Positions 1-10,129 of a stretch of 64,000 bases of DNA are shown in pieces. Location of the stretch: the sequence record NC_047767.1; one strand, written 5' to 3'. Position 1 is the stretch's first letter. Every line of letters starts with the position of its first letter. The position numbers and the translations under genes are program-made. The notes beneath the pieces are model-generated. The model ran no database searches. It had not been told where the DNA came from and saw only the letters and a program-made list of their open reading frames with translations. The DNA comes from Staphylococcus phage vB_SscM-1.

Positions 1-3000
1 GTAAATCAGTAGAAGGTTTCGGAGAAAAGTTAAGAGAGATTGCAAAATTAACAAAAGAAGTACAAAATATAAGTAGTAAGAACCAGGATAGCTCATTTGT
101 ATCTGCTAAAGATATGAATGATACAATACAGTCTACTAAAGAAGCTACTAAGCTTATACAGGAATTCCAAAAAGCTTTACAAGAGGTTCAGAATCAAAGA
201 ATATCTGACGGTATAGCTCCTGACCCAGAAGTTATTAAAACATATGAAAAATTAGAAGGGGTACTAGGAAATACTAAACAGAAAATGGATTCTATGTCAT
301 CTGTAACAGTAGGTAAAGATGGTAGTATCAATTCTCTTATGAAGGACATGGAACGCCTAGGAACCCTAACTGATGACTTCTATAACAGTACAGAAAGAGC
401 AAGAGAAGCACAAGAAAGGTTATCTCAAGTTAGAGCTACAAGAAATAGAGTACAGAGAAACTTAGAGAAGTCAGAAGTAACAAACAATATGACGTATGAC
501 CAAGGTGTACAAACAAGACAAGCTCTTAATTCTGTTAATACATTTAAAAATGATAGAGAAAGATTCTCAGCAGAAATAGAAAAAACTAGAAAAAGCTACA
601 TGGAATCAAAAGGCTCACATCAGCAACTAGCAAACGATTTCTCAGAAGGAAGAATTGACAAGAAAACTTATGAGAAAGAAAGAGCTCAAATAGAAGCTAC
701 TATAGATGCTAGAGCAAAAGAAATTAAGAACATGGAAGCACTTCAAAGGGAACTAGACAAAACAATAAAATACTTTGAAGGCTCAGCACAACAAGAATTC
801 GGTACTAGAACATCTGATGCACAACGAGGAACTTATGAAAGAATGATGCAAGAAAGAGCACCATCAATCGGTTCTCATGCTGTAATGGGAGGACTAGCTG
901 TAGGTGCAGGTATGTACTTACAAGGTAAAGGACTATCAGAGACTAATAGACCCTATAAAGTAGCTTTAGGTCAACAGATGGGTGAGAGTGATTATACAAG
1001 TCTAAGAAGTACTTTTGCTAAGGATTCTATAGACAATAAGCTAGGTTTAACAGGTACAGATATGCTTCAACTGGCAGAGCAATACAATGCTTCTGCAGGA
1101 TATACAAGTCAAGAAGATACAAGAAGTGCTACAGTAGAACTAGGTACTGGAATGCGTTCAATGGGTATTGCTAATAGTGATGCCTATAAAGAGTCCATGG
1201 CATCACTTATCCATACTGGAGGAATATCTGGAGGTATGGAAATTAAGGACATGCAGAATGCTTTCATCGGTGGACTAAAAGAGTCTGGAATGGTTGGTCG
1301 TAATGAAGAGCAACTTAAAGCATTAACAACTATTGCAGAACAGAATTCACAAGGTAGAACACTCACTAATAAAGAAATGGATAACCTAACAGCTACACAA
1401 GCTGTATTAGCAGGAACAGGCTCAAAAGCATTACAAGGTGAACAAGGTGCTCAGTTTATGACTGGACTTGACCAGGGTATTAGAGGAGCTTCTGGAGATG
1501 CTTACAATAGGTTAGCAATGGGATGGGGAACTGAATACCAAGGCGTAACAGGTATGAGAGAGTTTGATAAACAAGCTCAAAAAGGTATAGCAGACCCAGA
1601 TAACTTACAGAACTTCTATGATGTAGCAATGTCTCAAGGTGCAACAACTGAAGACCAAAAAGCTTATTTCTATCAAAATATGAAGAATCTAAATCCAGAG
1701 ACTACAGTAGAACAATCAGATGAGTTATTTAAACTTATGGATAAAGGAGATTTATCTGAGAAAGAGTTGAAGAAAAGACTCAAAGATATGGAAGATAAAG
1801 GCTCTAAAGAAAAAGATAAGAACTCAGAAGATTATAAGGAATCAGATGAAGGAAAGAATGACCAAAATAAAGCTAAGTTTGATAAACTAGCAGAAGACAT
1901 ATACGATTTAGCACAACCTATGAGAAATCTTCATGGAGCAACTATGAGCTTGCCTGCTCCGTTCTACTTACTAGGAGCATCAGCAGTAGCTTTAGCAATG
2001 TCATTTGCTAAGTCAATGGCTATGATGAAAGGTTCAGAGATGCTAACTAGAGGAGGCGTAAGAGGTAGTCGTTCTAGAATGGCAGGTAAGAATACTCCTA
2101 AGGGTGGAGGTAACACACCTAAAGGAGGAGGACTTGCTGGATGGGGTTCTGCAGGAATGGCAGGACTTGCTGGTATGTTCGGTATGGATACTCCTGGAGG
2201 AGAAGGTAAACAGACTAAAGGTATGCCTAGCTTTGGTGGAGGAGCCACTGATACCGGAACAGATAATAAGAAGGGTACTGGCGGAGGTATGTTCGGAAGA
2301 GTTAGAGACTTCTTTAGTAAGGATAAACCAGTAGACCCTAACTTAAAAGATTTTAATACCCTTGAAAAAGATGCTACTAACAAACGAAGATTCTTTGGAA
2401 TGGGAGATAAATTTAAAGACCTGTTCGGTAAAATATCCGATATAGGAGGACAATCACCAGGGGGAAATAGAACATTCGGAAGTAAGTTAAAAGACTTTGC
2501 CAAAGGCTCAGGAAGTAAATTAAAAGGTTTTGGTAAATCCATATGGAATGGAGCTAAAGACCCAACTCCAGGAGGATTTAGTAACTCTAACAAGTTAGTT
2601 TCAGGAGCAGGTAAAGCAGGAGGACTCTTAAAGAAAGTACCGTATCTTGGACTAGGACTCATGGCAGGAGAAGGTATAGCTAGAACTCTAGGAGGAGAAG
2701 ATGGAAACCAAGTAGGTGGAGATATAGCAAGCGGATTCCTAGACCCTCTAGGACTAGGTTACGGTAAAAAAGTTGGAGACAATCTAGCTAAAAAAGGTGA
2801 AGAAGCCGAAAAGAACCCTGTAGGTTGGGGTGAATGGAAAAAAGGTGACCGAGGACTAATAGGTAATGCTGTTACAGGAGCATGGGATGGTATTAAAGGT
2901 ATCTTCGGAGGTAAGAAAGCAGAAGCTAGTGAGGAGAAAGGCGGTTCTGGAGGTGGCAGTTCTTTAGACAATAAAGACTACATGAAAGAAGGAAAGAAAT

Positions 3001-3854
3001 CTCCTATGAGAGCTAGAATGGATGCTGAAAGACTAAGAGAGAAAAACAATACTTCTGAAACAGAAAATCTCCAAACATATAGAGGACTATTAGATAGATT
3101 TGAACAACTTATCCAAGAAGCTAAATCCTTAGATATAGGAGGAGGCTCAGAAGACTCTGACTCAAGTTCAGATGGTAAAAGTGCTAGTGAAATTGGTGGC
3201 ACGGGGGCTAAGAAAATCTGGGGATTCTTTAAAGACAAAGGATTATCAGATTCTCAAATATCTGCACTAATGGGTAACTTACAACAAGAAAGTAACTTAG
3301 ACCCTAATGCTGTAAACGGTGATAGTGGAGCATTTGGTATAGCTCAATGGCTAGGTTCCAGAAAAACAGGATTAGAGAACTTTGCTAAATCTAAAGGTAA
3401 GAAGAAAAATGATTTAGATGTTCAACTTGATTATCTGTGGAAAGAAATGAATACAGATTATGAAAGTAACAACCTGAAAAATGCTGGATGGTCTAAAAAT
3501 GGAAGTGTATCTAAAAATACATCAGCATTTGCATACGGTTTTGAGCGTATGGGTAGAGACGAAGCAATGATGAGTACTAGAGAGAAAAATGCTAAATCCT
3601 TCAAAGAGAAGTATGGAGGAGGAGGTAGTGGAGGTTTTGATATTCCTAGTTCTCTATCAACACCTGTTCAGGCATACTCATCTACACCAACCAATAGTAC
3701 GGAAAACACAACAAACCATAACAATAATGTAAACATTAATGTTACAGTAGAAGGTGGAAGCAACCCAGAAGAAACAGGAGACTTAGTAGGTAATGCTATA
3801 GCAAGTAGAATTAGTTCTCTTGATGTATTTACTAATCAGCAAAGAAGAAAATAG
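1..3854 (+). CDS. tail tape measure protein, 5'-truncated by the window edge. It has a Gly/Lys-rich low-complexity middle and a C-terminal phage tail lysozyme/transglycosylase-like domain.
   Basis: The reading frame is open from position 3 with no stop, so the true start is upstream; the tracked ORF is 114..3854, 1246 aa. The N-terminal part is coiled-coil-like and rich in E/K/Q. Residues about 640-950 carry repeated G-rich motifs such as KLKGFGKS and GDKFKDLFGK. The C-terminal segment FFKDKGLSDSQISALMGNLQQESNLDPNAVNGDSGAFGIAQWLGSRK resembles phage tail lysozyme domains found at tape-measure C-termini. Its position directly before the tail-lysin and baseplate module fits this role. Confidence 0.85.
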   Translation, partial: KSVEGFGEKLREIAKLTKEVQNISSKNQDSSFVSAKDMNDTIQSTKEATKLIQEFQKALQEVQNQRISDGIAPDPEVIKTYEKLEGVLGNTKQKMDSMSSVTVGKDGSINSLMKDMERLGTLTDDFYNSTERAREAQERLSQVRATRNRVQRNLEKSEVTNNMTYDQGVQTRQALNSVNTFKNDRERFSAEIEKTRKSYMESKGSHQQLANDFSEGRIDKKTYEKERAQIEATIDARAKEIKNMEALQRELDKTIKYFEGSAQQEFGTRTSDAQRGTYERMMQERAPSIGSHAVMGGLAVGAGMYLQGKGLSETNRPYKVALGQQMGESDYTSLRSTFAKDSIDNKLGLTGTDMLQLAEQYNASAGYTSQEDTRSATVELGTGMRSMGIANSDAYKESMASLIHTGGISGGMEIKDMQNAFIGGLKESGMVGRNEEQLKALTTIAEQNSQGRTLTNKEMDNLTATQAVLAGTGSKALQGEQGAQFMTGLDQGIRGASGDAYNRLAMGWGTEYQGVTGMREFDKQAQKGIADPDNLQNFYDVAMSQGATTEDQKAYFYQNMKNLNPETTVEQSDELFKLMDKGDLSEKELKKRLKDMEDKGSKEKDKNSEDYKESDEGKNDQNKAKFDKLAEDIYDLAQPMRNLHGATMSLPAPFYLLGASAVALAMSFAKSMAMMKGSEMLTRGGVRGSRSRMAGKNTPKGGGNTPKGGGLAGWGSAGMAGLAGMFGMDTPGGEGKQTKGMPSFGGGATDTGTDNKKGTGGGMFGRVRDFFSKDKPVDPNLKDFNTLEKDATNKRRFFGMGDKFKDLFGKISDIGGQSPGGNRTFGSKLKDFAKGSGSKLKGFGKSIWNGAKDPTPGGFSNSNKLVSGAGKAGGLLKKVPYLGLGLMAGEGIARTLGGEDGNQVGGDIASGFLDPLGLGYGKKVGDNLAKKGEEAEKNPVGWGEWKKGDRGLIGNAVTGAWDGIKGIFGGKKAEASEEKGGSGGGSSLDNKDYMKEGKKSPMRARMDAERLREKNNTSETENLQTYRGLLDRFEQLIQEAKSLDIGGGSEDSDSSSDGKSASEIGGTGAKKIWGFFKDKGLSDSQISALMGNLQQESNLDPNAVNGDSGAFGIAQWLGSRKTGLENFAKSKGKKKNDLDVQLDYLWKEMNTDYESNNLKNAGWSKNGSVSKNTSAFAYGFERMGRDEAMMSTREKNAKSFKEKYGGGGSGGFDIPSSLSTPVQAYSSTPTNSTENTTNHNNNVNINVTVEGGSNPEETGDLVGNAIASRISSLDVFTNQQRRK

Positions 3855-3883
3855 TTGACTTAAAGAGTAGTATGTGATATACT
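3855..3883 (+). promoter_or_regulatory. sigma-A-type promoter: TTGACT, 17-bp spacer, extended -10 TGaTATACT
   Basis: TTGACT at 3855-3860 and TATACT at 3878-3883, with TG at -15/-14. It lies in the 62-bp gap between the tape-measure stop (3854) and the tail-lysin start (3917). Confidence 0.6.
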
Positions 3884-3916
3884 ACTCTTATACATATTAA
3901 AGGAAATGGTGAGATT

Positions 3917-6313
3917 ATGTATAGAAAAAGAAACCCAGTATTTAGAGTAGACTTTATAACAGATGATAATAACTTCACAGTAATGTATGACAGTAGTATT
4001 AAAGTTGAAGGTTCTACTATAGAAAATAGAATAAGAAATTTCCAAACTAAAAATTCTATGCAAGATGATAGTGCTGTATTCCAAATAACGTTAGCAGGAG
4101 ATACACATTGGGATAAAATATTAACTGTAAATGATATTATGAAAATATATGTTAACCCTAATCCTGCAGATGATAACGAGGGATTAATACTTAGTGGAAT
4201 GATTTCACAGGTTTCTAAGGTAGGAGCATATGGTAACAATCAGATAACTTATAGAATAACCGGACAATCATTCTCTAAACCTTTTCTAAAGTTCGGTTTA
4301 GGGGTTATACAAGAGGTTCAAGCAGTTCTTCCTTCTACAGGTTGGTTAGTGGATGGAGACAGAATATCCTTTACAGGTAAGTCAGCTTCTGCTATAATGA
4401 AAGGTGTATTAGATGAATTTGTTCCTCTAATGAAATATAACTTTACTGATGGTAAAGATAAAGGTTTTGGAAGTATAGCTTCTCACTTTAACTGGGATAA
4501 CTTAGAAAGCTGGGAAGAATTAGAAAACCTAGCAGATGCAACTCAACTGTCTAATTTTGATGGTTCTTTAAAACAGATGATGGATTTAATAACAGCTAAA
4601 CCATTTAATGAACTATTTTTTAGAAACGGTAAGGATGATAAAACAACAGATTTAATTATGAGAAGAACACCCTTCAATCCTACTCAATGGAATGCTTTAG
4701 ATTATGAAACAGTAACTTCAGAAGATTTAATTGAAGAGGATGTAGGTAAATCAGATGTAGAAACATACTCTATATTTACAGTATTAACGCCTGAGATAGG
4801 TAAGAACCTTAACTCTAGAATGTATTCTAAACCACAATACCATAAAGACTTAGTGGATAGATATGGTTATAGTAAACTTGAAGTAGATAACATGTACGTT
4901 AATTTATCTAGTAATGGCTCCTCAGAAGATGAAGATAGTGGAGTAGATGATGATAAAGGTACACAAGTTGCTACCTATGATAAAGTAAATAATGACCTAA
5001 AGAACAAAACAAGAGAAGTTATATCTAATAATAAGACAGGATATATAAAAGAATTATCCGGTAGGTATAAAAATCTTAGAAAAGAAGAAGCTAAGAAGAT
5101 TGTTAATGAATTTGTTAAAAAAGGTAAGCTTAGTAAAGATTATTACACAAAGGTAACCGGCAATGATGAGTTCTCAGATGGTTATGAGGATACTAGACCT
5201 AGAGCTACCATAGAAGATGTTAAGAAGGTATTAAAAGAAGAATTTAAAGATGAAAAAGCTTTTGAAGGTAAAAAGAAAAAGAGTAATAAAAAGAAAGCAA
5301 CAGAAAGACTAAGTAAAGAATTCAGGTATGGTAATCCAACTCAAGCTAAGAGATTAGTAGATGAGTATGTTAAGTATAAAGGAACACCTCCTGGAGATGA
5401 AGTATACCAAAAATATGTAGATTCCTTAAAAGATATTGATAACGTAACTTCAGATACAGGAACAGATGCTACAGATAGTCCTATCCTTACATTCAGTAAG
5501 ATGTTGTTTAATTGGTATCATAATAACCCTAACTTTTATTCAGGAGATATAATTGTAGTAGGACACCATAAGTATGATTTAGGTAAAAGACTTTTTGTAG
5601 AAGATAGACAGAGAAATGATGTATGGGAATTCTATATAGAATCTGTAGAACATTCCTTTGATTTTCAAAAAGGCTATACTACTACAATAGGTGTTACTAG
5701 AGGACTAAAAGAAGCTACTATACCTGCGGGTAGTCCTCACAGATTTAAGTACTTCTGGGGTAAATCATCTGACTTTACAGGAGGTTTACTAGGAGAAAAA
5801 TCTCTAGCAGAGATGAAGAAAGAAGCAGTAGAAGCTAAGAAAAATAAAAAAGGAAGTAGTGGAGATTCAGAAGGAGCAAATGATGGAGGTTCATTATCTA
5901 AACTAGAAAAGTTTGATGGTAATTTACCTAAGTATGATTTTAAAGCTCGTGAAGGAAACCACTTTACAACATTGCAGTGTACATGGTATTGTTATAATAG
6001 ACGTGCACAGCTAGGTATAGGATTAAAGATAAGCTCTAACAATTGGTGGCATGATGCATGGAAGTGGAAAGAACGCTCTAAAGCAGATGGATACTCAGGA
6101 GGCTCTAATCCTAAACAAGGTGCAGTAGTTGTATGGCAAGCATTTACAAAAGAAGCTCCTACTAAATATGGTCACGTAGCTTTCGTTGAGAAAGTACTAG
6201 ATGGAGGAAACAAGATTAAAATATCGGAGTACAACTATAACACACCAGAAGCTTACGGAGAAAGAACAATACCTGTAACAAGTGCAATGTACTTCATATA
6301 CGATAAAGGATGA
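3917..6313 (+). CDS. tail-associated peptidoglycan hydrolase (tail lysin) with a C-terminal CHAP domain
   Basis: 798 aa. The C-terminus carries a CHAP Cys motif (TLQCTWYCYNRRAQLGIG) and a His motif (YGHVAFVEKVLDGG...YNY). The RBS is AAAGGAAATGGTGAG followed by ATG. The position directly after the tape measure is typical for tail muralytic enzymes of Twort-like phages. Confidence 0.85.
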   Translation: MYRKRNPVFRVDFITDDNNFTVMYDSSIKVEGSTIENRIRNFQTKNSMQDDSAVFQITLAGDTHWDKILTVNDIMKIYVNPNPADDNEGLILSGMISQVSKVGAYGNNQITYRITGQSFSKPFLKFGLGVIQEVQAVLPSTGWLVDGDRISFTGKSASAIMKGVLDEFVPLMKYNFTDGKDKGFGSIASHFNWDNLESWEELENLADATQLSNFDGSLKQMMDLITAKPFNELFFRNGKDDKTTDLIMRRTPFNPTQWNALDYETVTSEDLIEEDVGKSDVETYSIFTVLTPEIGKNLNSRMYSKPQYHKDLVDRYGYSKLEVDNMYVNLSSNGSSEDEDSGVDDDKGTQVATYDKVNNDLKNKTREVISNNKTGYIKELSGRYKNLRKEEAKKIVNEFVKKGKLSKDYYTKVTGNDEFSDGYEDTRPRATIEDVKKVLKEEFKDEKAFEGKKKKSNKKKATERLSKEFRYGNPTQAKRLVDEYVKYKGTPPGDEVYQKYVDSLKDIDNVTSDTGTDATDSPILTFSKMLFNWYHNNPNFYSGDIIVVGHHKYDLGKRLFVEDRQRNDVWEFYIESVEHSFDFQKGYTTTIGVTRGLKEATIPAGSPHRFKYFWGKSSDFTGGLLGEKSLAEMKKEAVEAKKNKKGSSGDSEGANDGGSLSKLEKFDGNLPKYDFKAREGNHFTTLQCTWYCYNRRAQLGIGLKISSNNWWHDAWKWKERSKADGYSGGSNPKQGAVVVWQAFTKEAPTKYGHVAFVEKVLDGGNKIKISEYNYNTPEAYGERTIPVTSAMYFIYDKG

Positions 6314-7196
6314 TTATGTGAAAACAGTAGAAGATGCTAAAAAAATAGTAATTAAATTTATTAATAACATAGCTGTATTTGATGAGTTGACTACTTCTAT
6401 TATTGAACAACGTGATGCTGAGTTAGTTGATTACACCAGTGATTATGTGTATGAAAGGGTCTCTGGTGTTAGACCATATGAAGGTGTTATTGAAAGAATA
6501 GAAGTTTTTAATATAGACTTTGAAGATATACAGGATAATATTAGTAATATAGATATGGTAGTTTCTTTTAGAAAGAAGATATACCAAGTAGATAGAGATA
6601 AAAATGTTGGAGATACAATTGTAACACTTAATTTACAGCTAAAACTGGAAAATGACAAATGGATTATAGATAACTACGAGCAAGAACAAGATGTGTTATA
6701 TGCAGATTATTTTCAGTATGAAGAGGATGAAGAAGAATTACCCACATCTATTACAATAGCAAGATACTTAATTGATAACTATAATGATTTTACAAATATT
6801 AAGTATATGTTTAAAGGTAAACCTACTGAAAATCCTTTTGAAACAGATAAAGATATCTATATAGATTCCTTTAATATACTTTATTGGTTATATCTCAAGG
6901 AGGGTGTAGAATTAGACTACCCTCTTACAGTAGATAGTTTATTAATTAGCTCTAAGTTTATTGAAGTGTTTAAAAAAGGACATAAGTATGAATTCAACAT
7001 AGAGAAACTATCAAGAGGAGATATACTTTTCTTTGGTAAAAGTGATGTATCTGTTGGAATATATACAGGTGAAAATACTTTTATATCTGTAAGAGGAAAG
7101 TTCCCTAAAGATAATAAGGGATTAGATTTATTTAAGTTAGATGAGTATTGGGAAGAATTTAATGGTAGAGTATTAAGGTATGGAGGTGACATTTAA
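6282..7196 (+). CDS. tail/baseplate protein with a degenerate NlpC/P60-like C-terminal domain; start codon uncertain
   Basis: The C-terminus has the NlpC/P60 pattern: ...IDSFNILYWLY... (the usual DCSG Cys position is Ser), then GDILFFGKSDVSVGIYTGENTFISV. The tracked ORF overlaps the end of the previous gene; GTG at 6318, preceded by AAAGGA, is an alternative start. Confidence 0.7.
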   Translation: MQCTSYTIKDDYVKTVEDAKKIVIKFINNIAVFDELTTSIIEQRDAELVDYTSDYVYERVSGVRPYEGVIERIEVFNIDFEDIQDNISNIDMVVSFRKKIYQVDRDKNVGDTIVTLNLQLKLENDKWIIDNYEQEQDVLYADYFQYEEDEEELPTSITIARYLIDNYNDFTNIKYMFKGKPTENPFETDKDIYIDSFNILYWLYLKEGVELDYPLTVDSLLISSKFIEVFKKGHKYEFNIEKLSRGDILFFGKSDVSVGIYTGENTFISVRGKFPKDNKGLDLFKLDEYWEEFNGRVLRYGGDI

Positions 7197-10018
7197 TGAC
7201 ATTAAGAACTCAAGCATCTTTAGGTAAAGGTTTAAAGGAAGTAGAAAAAGATGATTTTAATATGAATAACCTTTTTCTTGCAACCATTACAAAGGTAAAT
7301 TACAAATACCAAACAGTAGAACTGAGAACAAAGTACACCTATGCAGGTAGGAATATAGGGTCTAAAGGAGAATTCTCTGCACCCTTCCCTAAATCATTCA
7401 TAGGTAGAACTCCAGAAGGAGCCTTATTTGGAGATAACAATATTATAGTACCAGGCTCTATTGCTTTAGTAGGATTCTTAGAAGGGGATGCAGGACAACC
7501 TTTTATTATAAATGTTTATGGTTACGCTAATGATAACAAGATGCTAACACCTAACCCACTAGAGAGTGGAGATATAAACAATAGAGAGATATATAAATAT
7601 GGTAGTATGATTCATCAGATAAGTCCATCCCTTACTTATAGTTACTTAGATGGAGAAGGTACGTTTATAAAATCTTTTAATGGTAAATCATTTATTTCAA
7701 TAACTTCACAAGAGGATGAGAGACCTTTAGCAACTGATTTTTATACAGGTACGGAATACGAAGATTTATATACTTCTTATTACGGTGATGGTTCAGAAGT
7801 AGAACCTAGAAATCAAATAGCTCCTAATGTATTGTTAAAACATAGAGGAGAGTATACACATGATGGAGAAGAAGATAACCATATAACTACTTTACATCTA
7901 ACAGAAAAGGGAGCGGTAAGGGTATCAGTAATGAATACTGAGACACAAGAACGTACCACTCAAGAGATGGATGAAAATGGAAATTATAGAGTTATATACC
8001 AAGGAGATGAACTACTTCTTGATGAAGCCCAAGTATGGGTAGAATATGGAATAAACAAAGATACTAAATCATTCTATATTAAGAACGAAAACCAAGAATT
8101 TGAATTTACAGATGAAGGTGTACTTATTAATGGAACACCCTTAATAGACAACCTAGATGAGAGTCTACAAGAAGCCTTTGAACAACTTAAAGTTATACAA
8201 AAAGATTTAGAAGATATTAATAGCCTTTTAGAAGGGGCGGGCAAAGAGAATCTAGAAGAGCTAATAAGAACAGCTAAGGACTCTATAGAAGCATCCGGAC
8301 AAGCTAGTAGAGATGTAGAGAAACTAAGAGGAGACATATCTACAGTATCTCAAAGAGTAGAAGGTAATATTAAAAAGCTAGATGACTATATGAAAACAAT
8401 GGATGACTTTGTAAAAGATACAAATAGTTTTATAACAGAGTACACAGGGTCATTAGATAATGTTAAAAGAGATGTTACAACAATTTCCAACAATGAAAAC
8501 AAGTATAGACACACAACATATAGAGACATAAAGATACATGCAGATTTACCTTTTAAATTTGAGGGTTATGATGATTTAAGAAATCAAAATGGTGTTTCTT
8601 ATTATTATCCACAAGGACTATGTTTAGATGATGATTACTATTATTTCTTACATGATACACCGGAACTTGTTAATAGACTATTAGTTATATATGATAAATC
8701 ATTTAATATTGTTAGAAAGTATTATGTAGGATTTCATGGTGGAGAAAATATACATGTAGAAAAAGAAGGGGATAAAAGATACCTTTATGCTAAAACTAGA
8801 GTAGGTAAAATAGGTAAGTTCGACATTAGTAACATTACTAAAAGTTCAGATACAATAGAATTACAACCAGTACAAGAGTATGATGTAGTATTATATACTA
8901 ACTTCTTTAGAACAAAAGAAGGTTGGGGATTTGAGGGGAATAATAATACTAAAGGTGGTAATCTACAAAGAGACACGTTAGTATTTTATAATCATGATTT
9001 TAGTAAAATAACAGGTACACTATGGATACCACCAAGTAACTCTACTTTATGGTCTAATACTCTTATAGGTAGTATAACTAATTATAGTGCTAAGAAACAA
9101 GGAATGGCACTTATAAATAATACTATCGTTCAAACTTTAGGTGGTAACTACATGATAAGTAGAGACAAAGAAGTACACAATTACCACTTACAAGGTGTAC
9201 AAGAAATTAGTCCAAGTGGTCAAATTATGAATGACTACACTTATCACCCACAACAAATGATAGATTACTTAAAGAGTATTGGTAAGAACCCTTATGTTAT
9301 AGAACATGAAAGTGCCTATAATTATAAAAATAGACTATTTTCAGTTATTGTGTATGTAAAAGCAAGTTCACCGGAGGCTACTACTAAAGGTATACTTGTA
9401 GTAGAGTATGGGGCTAAAGATAAAGACACTACTATGAATAAGGATTATGGTATACCATTTACTGCACCTACTGCTAATTACAATCCATATAAAACTAATA
9501 TTAATGGTTATATCTATAATGAGTATACAGGATTTAAGATAGAAACTATGAAAGATTTAGTCAAGTACATGCATGAAACGTACCAAGATAAAATAGTTAT
9601 ATACACGTCAAATACTAGTTTGAAAGATTATAATGATATCCCTTACCCAAATGGAATGAAAATAACATTAGAGAATTTAAATAACTACACTTACTTTTTA
9701 ACAGAAGAAAGTAACCCATTAGTAGAGAGATTTATTATAACTAAAGATAGTAATGATAATTTTAACTTTATAAATATGAATAAAGATAATAGATATACCG
9801 GAATAGATTTACTTAACATAGAAAAAAGTATAAAAGGATATTCTATAAATACGGTAAACATTCCAGAAAATGTATCTGCAAGTGGTTGGTTTAACTCTAG
9901 TGTAGAAGTTTCATCTAAAAAAGTAACTTACCAACCGTATGATAGTTATGATACCTATTTAAATATATATCATACAAATTCATGGCAAGGTTGGAAAAAA
10001 ATAACAATGGTAGAGTAA
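7196..10018 (+). CDS. large baseplate/tail hub structural protein (940 aa)
   Basis: Long ORF whose ATG overlaps the previous stop (ATTTAATGA). The internal coiled-coil segment is QEAFEQLKVIQKDLEDINSLLEGAGKENLEELIR. It occupies the position taken by a large baseplate protein in Twort-like phages. No catalytic motif could be confirmed. Confidence 0.8.
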   Translation: MTLRTQASLGKGLKEVEKDDFNMNNLFLATITKVNYKYQTVELRTKYTYAGRNIGSKGEFSAPFPKSFIGRTPEGALFGDNNIIVPGSIALVGFLEGDAGQPFIINVYGYANDNKMLTPNPLESGDINNREIYKYGSMIHQISPSLTYSYLDGEGTFIKSFNGKSFISITSQEDERPLATDFYTGTEYEDLYTSYYGDGSEVEPRNQIAPNVLLKHRGEYTHDGEEDNHITTLHLTEKGAVRVSVMNTETQERTTQEMDENGNYRVIYQGDELLLDEAQVWVEYGINKDTKSFYIKNENQEFEFTDEGVLINGTPLIDNLDESLQEAFEQLKVIQKDLEDINSLLEGAGKENLEELIRTAKDSIEASGQASRDVEKLRGDISTVSQRVEGNIKKLDDYMKTMDDFVKDTNSFITEYTGSLDNVKRDVTTISNNENKYRHTTYRDIKIHADLPFKFEGYDDLRNQNGVSYYYPQGLCLDDDYYYFLHDTPELVNRLLVIYDKSFNIVRKYYVGFHGGENIHVEKEGDKRYLYAKTRVGKIGKFDISNITKSSDTIELQPVQEYDVVLYTNFFRTKEGWGFEGNNNTKGGNLQRDTLVFYNHDFSKITGTLWIPPSNSTLWSNTLIGSITNYSAKKQGMALINNTIVQTLGGNYMISRDKEVHNYHLQGVQEISPSGQIMNDYTYHPQQMIDYLKSIGKNPYVIEHESAYNYKNRLFSVIVYVKASSPEATTKGILVVEYGAKDKDTTMNKDYGIPFTAPTANYNPYKTNINGYIYNEYTGFKIETMKDLVKYMHETYQDKIVIYTSNTSLKDYNDIPYPNGMKITLENLNNYTYFLTEESNPLVERFIITKDSNDNFNFINMNKDNRYTGIDLLNIEKSIKGYSINTVNIPENVSASGWFNSSVEVSSKKVTYQPYDSYDTYLNIYHTNSWQGWKKITMVE

Positions 10019-10041
10019 GGGTAAAACCTTACTCTTTTTTT
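10015..10041 (+). terminator. weak intrinsic terminator: 6-bp stem gtaagg/ccttac followed by a T7 run
   Basis: Hairpin at 10015-10032 followed by tcttttttt. The stop codon of the upstream gene lies inside the stem. Confidence 0.45.
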
Positions 10042-10074
10042 ATAGGTGCTGTTATATTAATTATGACAAAGTAG

Positions 10075-10103
10075 TTGCACATTTAAAAGATATATGATAT
10101 AAT
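10075..10103 (+). promoter_or_regulatory. sigma-A-type promoter: TTGCAC, 17-bp spacer, TGaTATAAT
   Basis: TTGCAC at 10075-10080 and TATAAT at 10098-10103 with TG at -15/-14. It sits upstream of the baseplate operon that starts at 10130. Confidence 0.65.
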
Positions 10104-10129
10104 ATATCTATGTAAAGGAGAAATGAATT

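Noticed and set aside
1964-2662. A 232-aa ORF on the minus strand, plus other minus-strand ORFs from the track (for example 36192-36902, 49263-49718, 3832-4239)
   Set aside because: All lie antisense to well-supported plus-strand genes, are Pro/Ser/Leu-rich low-complexity, and lack an RBS. They are an expected artefact of A-rich codon bias on the coding strand.
7196-10018. Assigning a glycerophosphodiester phosphodiesterase domain, after noticing an HRGEY motif
   Set aside because: A single HRG tripeptide in a 940-aa protein is insufficient. No second GDPD motif was seen, so the gene is called only as a baseplate structural protein.
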